64,000 nt of DNA. Source: a virus. Below the pieces are notes generated by a model that was given only the letters and a program-made list of their open reading frames with translations, was not told the origin of the DNA and did no database searches. Within the stretch, counting starts at the first letter, position 1, and each line of letters begins with the position of its first letter. This document shows, one piece after another, positions 25,976 through 32,006 of this stretch. The stretch is taken from positions 4,219-68,218 of IMG/VR virus record IMGVR_UViG_3300032296_002405. One strand, given 5' to 3'. The position numbers and the translations under genes are program-made.

Positions 25976-26159
25976 TGGTAAAATTGTTTATAAAGTTCAA
26001 CATACACTCATATTCTCCTTGGTTCGGGTCATCATACTCCGATCCCTTGTAATCGTTGTACAATGTGGTCATGAATTCGTACTCCACATCATAGGGCATA
26101 TTCGTGCCACACACATCCACATACAACCTCGTAAAGAGGTAGAAGCTATAGTCCATCAT
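25965..26159 (-). CDS. Hypothetical early protein
   Basis: 64 aa acidic, SD GGGAGGT. Confidence 0.65.
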   Translation of the reverse strand: MMDYSFYLFTRLYVDVCGTNMPYDVEYEFMTTLYNDYKGSEYDDPNQGEYECMLNFINNFTNDN

Positions 26160-26539
26160 AGCACACCTCCCTTCTCCAAATTGGAACGCATATAGTACAA
26201 CAAGTCATCGGTGACAACACCATCGCCTTCAAAGTTCTCAAGCAGATCAATCACATGGTCTATCATTTTCCTACTGGTATTGCTTACCTCCTTTCCTCCC
26301 AAGTCATCAACCAACAACACCTCGGATGGATCGTACTCATCATCCCCATCAATCTCGCAGATGAATTGTGGGATGTAACCACATCCATCGAATAACGATT
26401 CTACCGATAGTGTAACCTGGCCGTGTGCTTTCAGTTCGGTGATGACACGATAGGCAATGTCCCTCTCATCCATCGCATCGCTGAAATACCATGCGAGGAA
26501 TGAACTCGCAGTAACCTTGTTCTTTATTAAGTTTGTCAT
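26156..26539 (-). CDS. Hypothetical early protein (possible fusion of two small genes)
   Basis: 127 aa; internal AAAGGAGGT at 26286-26294. Confidence 0.65.
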   Translation of the reverse strand: MTNLIKNKVTASSFLAWYFSDAMDERDIAYRVITELKAHGQVTLSVESLFDGCGYIPQFICEIDGDDEYDPSEVLLVDDLGGKEVSNTSRKMIDHVIDLLENFEGDGVVTDDLLYYMRSNLEKGGVL

Positions 26540-26570
26540 TTTGCTTATGCGTACCGACTCGCCAGTCTGC

Positions 26571-26798
26571 TTATTGTTTGAAATCTTCGTAATAACACTT
26601 ACCTAATTGAACCTCTTTCACACTACCACCATAATACTCAAAAGAGTCATCGAAATTGGTACTACTATCGGGTTGAAGTTTTTTCCACTCACGATATTCT
26701 TTTTTCAATGCCTTGTAACAAGATTCTTCGCTTAACTCCACCACACTTATTCCGTAACCGAATATTTCAGGAATAATACCTATCCAAACGGTTTTCAT
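26571..26798 (-). CDS. Hypothetical early protein
   Basis: 75 aa, SD AAAGGAGGT. Confidence 0.65.
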   Translation of the reverse strand: MKTVWIGIIPEIFGYGISVVELSEESCYKALKKEYREWKKLQPDSSTNFDDSFEYYGGSVKEVQLGKCYYEDFKQ

Positions 26799-26965
26799 TG
26801 AACACCTCCTTTCTTGTTAAACTCTTCCCATTCATTACATCCATAAGCACTCAACACAACCGCCGTGAACATACACACAATGTGTCCAACGAATCCGATG
26901 TTGCCGATGAAGACCATAGCCACCAACACGATGGCTATGGACAAACTTATTACCGTTCCTTTCAT
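26795..26965 (-). CDS. 56 aa 2-TM membrane protein (not in ORF track)
   Basis: MKGTVISLSIAIVLVAMVFIGNIGFVGHIVCMFTAVVLSAYG...; ATGA overlaps on both sides. Confidence 0.6.
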   Translation of the reverse strand: MKGTVISLSIAIVLVAMVFIGNIGFVGHIVCMFTAVVLSAYGCNEWEEFNKKGGVQ

Positions 26966-27858
26966 ACGTTCTCCTCCCTAACTTTTTGAATCAAGAAATT
27001 TAAACCATCGTAAACATAAGGCCCCCAAGGCAAATCAACCACATGCCCACTCACCTTCAAAGACATATTTGGGTCTACCCAATCTTTGTTATCCATATCT
27101 TCCAAAACCTTGTCTATTACCTTGTCCATACCATCAGTAGTAACCTTGGTCACCTTGCGATAGCAGAACAACGAAATGTGCAAATCCACCACATAGCAAA
27201 TCCGGTCAAACAACTGACGATGGTAGTCGGTAATGGTCTTGAACTCCGTAATCGGATTGTTGTAGATGAACTCATCCCACATCGGATGGAACAACGAGTC
27301 CTCGTTTCCGTTCCAATCGGTCTCATCCGTTCCGTGATGGTAGTCAACCACCAATCGTTTCTTATAATCATCCCATCGGATGTAGATAGCCTGGTCGTAA
27401 CCATTTGGTCTCTCTATACGGATGCAGTCGTGTCCACTATCGTACACGGCAGAATCGAATGTCTCTTGCATCAACTCAACCACATCCTTGAGACTACGCA
27501 AGTACAAATCATAGTCCACGGTGTAGCATCCCTCGGTGTAGTCTTCCCACAACTCGTATGCCTTGGGTGTGGATAATCCGAATGCGATAGCCTTGGAACG
27601 GAACAAACTACTATCATCGTTGTCGGCTGATGGTGGGATGTCAAAATTCGGATAGTCCACTCCGTGGAGTGCCGTGAAGTTATCAATGACATCCTTGGGC
27701 AAATGGATGGTCACATCGTTACGCTGATCCATCAACGCTTTGAGTACATTCAAGTCGAACGAATCGTACTCGTTCAACGGTTCAGCCGATGGCTTCAAAG
27801 TTCGCTCAATGGCTTTGATGATTAAGGCTTGTTGCCCCTTTGGAAGGTGTTGTTTCAT
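26962..27858 (-). CDS. Hypothetical acidic early protein
   Basis: 298 aa ORF, A-rich leader. Confidence 0.75.
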   Translation of the reverse strand: MKQHLPKGQQALIIKAIERTLKPSAEPLNEYDSFDLNVLKALMDQRNDVTIHLPKDVIDNFTALHGVDYPNFDIPPSADNDDSSLFRSKAIAFGLSTPKAYELWEDYTEGCYTVDYDLYLRSLKDVVELMQETFDSAVYDSGHDCIRIERPNGYDQAIYIRWDDYKKRLVVDYHHGTDETDWNGNEDSLFHPMWDEFIYNNPITEFKTITDYHRQLFDRICYVVDLHISLFCYRKVTKVTTDGMDKVIDKVLEDMDNKDWVDPNMSLKVSGHVVDLPWGPYVYDGLNFLIQKVREENV

Positions 27859-27883
27859 TTTGTTTGGTTTTGGATTGTTTGGA

Positions 27884-28084
27884 TTATTGTGCGTTGTATC
27901 TGAAACCTTTTATTTCAGAAATATTGAAATCTACCTTTTGCAGTTTGCCATCTATTTCCACAAGGCAAGTTATTCGGTCATTCATCATTTCAGTTACTTG
28001 AAACCAGAGACCATTCAAGTTACGATAGTTTGATTTGGTTTGGATTTGTGCGGAAATTAAAGTTGTTTGTCTTTCGTTTAACAT
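27884..28084 (-). CDS. Hypothetical early protein
   Basis: 66 aa, AT-rich, AACTAAAACC leader. Confidence 0.6.
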   Translation of the reverse strand: MLNERQTTLISAQIQTKSNYRNLNGLWFQVTEMMNDRITCLVEIDGKLQKVDFNISEIKGFRYNAQ

Positions 28085-28094
28085 GGTTTTAGTT

Positions 28095-28358
28095 TTAGTT
28101 GTAGATTAATGATTGTATGAATTCTTGATTGATTGTTTCAACGGCACTCCGTAAGGATTCCGAATCGTTGGAACTGATGGCATCCTCCAACCCATCCAAC
28201 AAGTCAGCGACATCGGATGTGTCTGCCAGATCGGTAAGTCCGAATCCGGATAGCATCATCACCCTCTGATTGGCTACGGCAAACGCAGTCTTACGGGCAT
28301 TGCCACACTCGGAGTAGTGCTTCCATATCTTCGGAAAGTCTTGGCTTATCTTATCCAT
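28095..28358 (-). CDS. Hypothetical early protein
   Basis: 87 aa, SD AAAGGAGGT. Confidence 0.65.
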   Translation of the reverse strand: MDKISQDFPKIWKHYSECGNARKTAFAVANQRVMMLSGFGLTDLADTSDVADLLDGLEDAISSNDSESLRSAVETINQEFIQSLIYN

Positions 28359-28678
28359 TGGTCACCTCCTTTCCTTTCATATCTTTAATCATCGCTTCGA
28401 TAACCGATGCACCACTCGTACAATTGGACATAATGTTTTCCAATCGGTCTACCTTCTGACCATATGTGTCCGACTCATAAAATTTATCCCACCTCTTCAC
28501 CACTTCGGTTTGAGCCAACAACTCCTCACGATTGTTGCTGAATGCTACCGTTATTCTTTTACCATTTCGACTCGCATAATACCTGAACGATGCACCCGTT
28601 GGAAACTTCACATCTATGGACAACCGATCGTGGCTGATACTTTTTCTGATGATTGCTTTTGTTGATACCTTACCCATT
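28351..28678 (-). CDS. Hypothetical early protein
   Basis: Start moved to ATG 28678 (MGKVSTK) behind SD AAGGAGGT. Confidence 0.65.
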
Positions 28679-28918
28679 GGATACCTCCTTCCATATCTGC
28701 TCAAGACTCCATGTGTTGCCGTTCTCAAAAACCTGCAACCTATATGCAGTTCCGTTCTCTGCAATGGCACTAACCTTTATATCCGATGACAATAGACCAT
28801 GCCGATAGGATTGGTGGTAGTGCCTTTGGCAATACCGAAGAACTGCGATTTCCGTAGGTAGCAAATCGCTGACCTTTTCGCTGATAGTTACAATGTAACC
28901 GATGAATGTTGTTTCCAT
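28670..28918 (-). CDS. Hypothetical early protein
   Basis: 82 aa, preceded by pseudoknot-like leader. Confidence 0.65.
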   Translation of the reverse strand: METTFIGYIVTISEKVSDLLPTEIAVLRYCQRHYHQSYRHGLLSSDIKVSAIAENGTAYRLQVFENGNTWSLEQIWKEVSNG

Positions 28919-28960
28919 TTTGTCTGATTGGTTAGCCTATACACCATAAGGTTTTAGTTA
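28919..28960 (-). promoter_or_regulatory. Leader motif copy B (predicted H-type pseudoknot)
   Basis: AACTAAAA-CCT-TA-TGGT-GTAT-AGG-CTA-ACCA-ATCAGACAAA-ATG. Confidence 0.55.
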
Positions 28961-29227
28961 TTATTTCGCTCTCACTATGTATATTAACTCTCCACTCTCC
29001 ATACACTCACGATGATAATAGTACTCACCATCGCAGTAGAACTCACCTTGGCTCTGCATCGGCTCATCGGTAATCGGACATTCCCACTCCATAATCCCAT
29101 CGTGTAAGTGACCAGAGTAAGTGCCATCATATACCAACGGCTCTCCATTGGCATCGCAGTTGTGATCCTTGAGCCATAGCACATATGCCTTGAATGACTC
29201 CCAATTGTTTTTGATACGGTTCTTCAT
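28961..29227 (-). CDS. Hypothetical early protein
   Basis: 88 aa ORF. Confidence 0.65.
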   Translation of the reverse strand: MKNRIKNNWESFKAYVLWLKDHNCDANGEPLVYDGTYSGHLHDGIMEWECPITDEPMQSQGEFYCDGEYYYHRECMESGELIYIVRAK

Positions 29228-29235
29228 CTTGTTTT

Positions 29236-29478
29236 TTATTTGTTAGAGTTTATATGTTCCACTATATCGCTGATCCGTTCGACCGACATCCCAAAAACGA
29301 ATTGCCCACTCTCGAACTCTCGTAGGTAACCGTATCGCATAACATCGGTAAGCACTTCGTATCTGCCACCATCTATGATGATGCGATGGTTCTCTCTTTG
29401 GATATCCAAGTTCGGCAATGCCTTGCGTAATTCGATAACCGCATCCAACTCGTATCCTTTGCCTATGTACATACTCAT
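29236..29478 (-). CDS. Hypothetical early protein
   Basis: 80 aa, SD GGGGAGGT, ATGA overlap. Confidence 0.65.
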   Translation of the reverse strand: MSMYIGKGYELDAVIELRKALPNLDIQRENHRIIIDGGRYEVLTDVMRYGYLREFESGQFVFGMSVERISDIVEHINSNK

Positions 29479-30176
29479 TTCGATACCTCCCCTCTCACTA
29501 CAAAACCACTCTTGTCTGCCTTGGCTTTGCCCTTTGCCTTCAGTCCAATGATTACCCCATTGTTGTGCATCATAACATCATCGGCAATGTCCCCATCTAT
29601 AACCTTGTAGCCTTGGTATTCACTCGGCAATGGCTTTGTATGGTCAAACACAACTGCGACATTCACTCCCATAGCAAGTGCCTTTTTGCAATCGCTCCAA
29701 TTGTTCTCTGAACGAGAGAATGTTTGCACATACCGAGTGCCTTGGTATTTCTCAACCTTGCCGATTTGCTTTGTGTAGTCGTAAAACTGAATGTTGGTCA
29801 TCTCTTGGAGCAAGTCCACATTCAGCCTCTGCTTAACGATTCCGAACCAATCCAAATCTGATGTGCCGTTCAGTCTAACTTCCACAGGCTTTCCCTTGGA
29901 GTTAATCTTGCGAAGTTCTGCTACGAGTTGATTCAGGAATTCCTCTCGTTTCAGAAGGTAGTAATCGCTCTTGGAAATCCTCGCCCTCTGCACCGAGTTG
30001 AATGCTCCTCTGCCACTTGTGTTGAGGCAAACCGAAATGCACCCTTGGGATGCTTTTGGGCATAAGTTCACACCCTTGGAATTCAGAGTGAATGGTGCAA
30101 GGTAGAGAATGTAACTCTCCAATGTGTTCTTGCTTGTCTTGGCATTCGTAGTGCCTTTGCTGAGAATGGTTTTCAT
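29475..30176 (-). CDS. Gp88-like protein (Cys-motif, radical-SAM-like phage family)
   Basis: NLCPKASQGCISVCLNTSGRG, VRLNGTSDL, QFYDYTK, TFSRSE, VIDGD, IIGLKAKG. Confidence 0.75.
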   Translation of the reverse strand: MKTILSKGTTNAKTSKNTLESYILYLAPFTLNSKGVNLCPKASQGCISVCLNTSGRGAFNSVQRARISKSDYYLLKREEFLNQLVAELRKINSKGKPVEVRLNGTSDLDWFGIVKQRLNVDLLQEMTNIQFYDYTKQIGKVEKYQGTRYVQTFSRSENNWSDCKKALAMGVNVAVVFDHTKPLPSEYQGYKVIDGDIADDVMMHNNGVIIGLKAKGKAKADKSGFVVRGEVSK

Positions 30177-30218
30177 TTGTCTTGATTCGGTTCACCTACC
30201 CACCGAAAGGTTTAGTTG
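30177..30218 (-). promoter_or_regulatory. Leader motif copy A (predicted H-type pseudoknot)
   Basis: AACTAA-ACCT-TTCGGT-GGGT-AGGT-GA-ACCGAA-TCAAGACAA-ATG. Confidence 0.55.
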
Positions 30219-30219
30219 C

Positions 30220-30855
30220 CCACCATTGGCTGTCCGACAGCGTACACCTATAGCAATGAAATAGGTCACGGCTAGTGCCGTGTCTCGTTCGTAGGTTTCA
30301 CCCTACAATGGTGGCTAATGATTGATTTTTCCAGAGCATAATTGCCACATACTATTGGGGACTGCTACCCAACATCCCCTCTCTCGCAGAGGGACATCAG
30401 AGGTGAAGTGTGTTTAGCCTTTCTACGATTCGTGCATCAGCCTTGTCCAATCTAACGGAATAGCGATTTCCGAGTGAGGGATATGGGATTCCCTCGTGGG
30501 GTGATGACTATCGGAACTACAAATTCCGAGCGTATTTATACCGACACAATGACTCCTACGGAGGGCAAGTAAGCATACACCTATCCCTCTATGTTCATTG
30601 TGTCCACATCGAAGACACCTTGGTCAGTTCACAACAAGCCACACTAGACCGAACTAGGCATTTTAGCACTCTGCTTCCATTCGCTTCCTATCTCACGACA
30701 GTACCTTGGCAAATTACTCGCTTCCGAGTTGTGGCTATCATTTCAAATTACCCTAAAACACTCCTTGTGTGGTGGGTCGGCTTCGTTACACACATCTACG
30801 AGCGATGCGTAATGGTAACTACCTTATGCCATAGTTAATCCGATTGATTAACGAT
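30220..30855 (-). ncRNA. Candidate large structured non-coding RNA (~640 nt)
   Basis: No ORF of 60 aa or more on - strand; more than 14 hairpins and three long-range multibranch closers; G-U pairs and a GNRA loop favour the - strand; promoter-like boxes immediately upstream. Confidence 0.65.
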
Positions 30856-30962
30856 TACAAAGATGGGGGTATAAACATTTGTTAATACCCTATACATAAA
30901 TTTTTATTTAATTGGTTTACAACATATTACAAAGATGTTGTCCCAATATAAAACATTATGTT
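30854..30962 (-). promoter_or_regulatory. Tandem early promoter-like boxes with AACAT-n-TGTT operator-like sites
   Basis: CATCTTTGTAAT (- strand) twice, at 30854-30865 and 30926-30937; AACATTTGTT 30874, AACATTATGTT 30952. Confidence 0.5.
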
Positions 30963-30981
30963 AAATAGATTCGGCGTGAAT

Positions 30982-31398
30982 TCACCAAGAGTCATCCCAA
31001 ACCGATTCAATATTGGGATGTATCATAACCCAAGTTGGGACTCGGAGAGCAATGGACATAGTGGTAAGATAAGTTAATTGAACTGACCTTTTGTAGCCTC
31101 CGTATGTTATGCCCTTCCTACTTACATTGATGCCGACCTTTGCCAAGTCCCTAACCAATTGGGCAACATTAGAACCCCTTCGGTATGCAAGATACTTGAT
31201 GTTGTAACGAAGTAATGCCATATTTGAATCTAGATGCTCTAAAACATCATCTCTCAAAGTGGGTGAAAGTTCAAAAGACTTTCCATTAGTGAATCTTGGA
31301 ACTGCATTGGGTTTTCGGGTGAATCTTGCCTTTTGCCTATGCCCTCTTTTGCTCCCCAAAGTTTCAATTTTGGCACTAACTGCTTCGGCTTCGCTCAT
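30982..31398 (-). CDS. Putative HTH DNA-binding protein with basic N-terminus
   Basis: LRYNIKYLAYRRG-SNVAQLVRDL...LTTMSIALRVPTWVMI resembles an XRE fold; -7 boxes at 31470-31477 and 31543-31550. Confidence 0.5.
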   Translation of the reverse strand: MSEAEAVSAKIETLGSKRGHRQKARFTRKPNAVPRFTNGKSFELSPTLRDDVLEHLDSNMALLRYNIKYLAYRRGSNVAQLVRDLAKVGINVSRKGITYGGYKRSVQLTYLTTMSIALRVPTWVMIHPNIESVWDDSW

Positions 31399-31555
31399 GT
31401 TTCAACTTTGCCTGTACTGGTTTGTGTCATGTTCCATATCTCTAACCACCGATAGAGAATTGGAACAAGCAAATATAACTTCTTGATACATAACTTTTTG
31501 CATTGGATTTTCGCTTTCGGTTTGGGTTAGATTTGATTTTGTCAAAGATACGCAA

Positions 31556-31670
31556 ATACGCGCACATATACGCGCGTGTGTGTGTGCGTGATCGCGCGCG
31601 TACCCGGGGGGGTGTGCCTGGGCGCGCGTGTGCGTACCCGTGTGTGGTATGTGTCTCCACCTGTCCCCGG
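31556..31670. repeat. GC-rich alternating purine-pyrimidine tract with G-run (possible packaging site/genome end)
   Basis: CGCGCGTGTG at 31571 and 31623; GCGTACCCG at 31598 and 31632; CCGGGG/CCCCGG inverted pair. Confidence 0.55.
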
Positions 31671-31685
31671 CAGAAAAAAAATTTT

Positions 31686-32006
31686 GTGGTAACGTGGTAA
31701 GGTGTGGTAAGTAGAAAATGTTACATACTTACCACGCCAAACGCATTGATATGTAATATATTATATACTTTGTGGTAAGGTGGTAAGTAAAATTCATTAA
31801 TTAGTATATATATATATATAAAATACGCATATATACATATATAGTTGATAATCAATAACAGTTGGATTTATTGAAAAAAAAATATTTTGTTCCGGGTAAT
31901 TTATAGGAAAGTACTTACCACATTACCACAAATTGGCTTTTTAGAACGGAGGTGATTGATTATCAGGCTGAAAAGTGTGGTAAGTGGTCTTACCACATCT
32001 TACCAC
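31686..32006. other. Probable replication origin: 11 GTGGTAA iterons in both orientations around an AT-rich core
   Basis: GTGGTAA at 31686, 31694, 31704, 31772, 31780, 31977; TTACCAC at 31729, 31915, 31923, 31990, 32000; (TA)n tract near 31805-31820; next to primase-helicase 3' end; strand skew flips here. Confidence 0.75.

Noticed and set aside
30415-30445. Hammerhead-like CTGATG...GAAA on the - strand
   Set aside because: A9 position is C, and I found no partners for stems I and III.
30620-30838. 72 aa + strand ORF in the ncRNA region
   Set aside because: TTG start, against local transcription, no promoter or recognisable features.
30220-30855. Group I/II intron, RNase P or tmRNA as explanation for the structured region
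   Set aside because: No interrupted gene, no P7 or domain V consensus, no RNase P P4 motif, no tRNA-like ends.
31442-31700. ORFs 31442..31660 (-) and 31503..31700 (+)
   Set aside because: Translations of the alternating purine-pyrimidine tract; low complexity.
31686-32006. CRISPR array
   Set aside because: Repeats are 7 nt, irregularly spaced and in both orientations; no cas genes.
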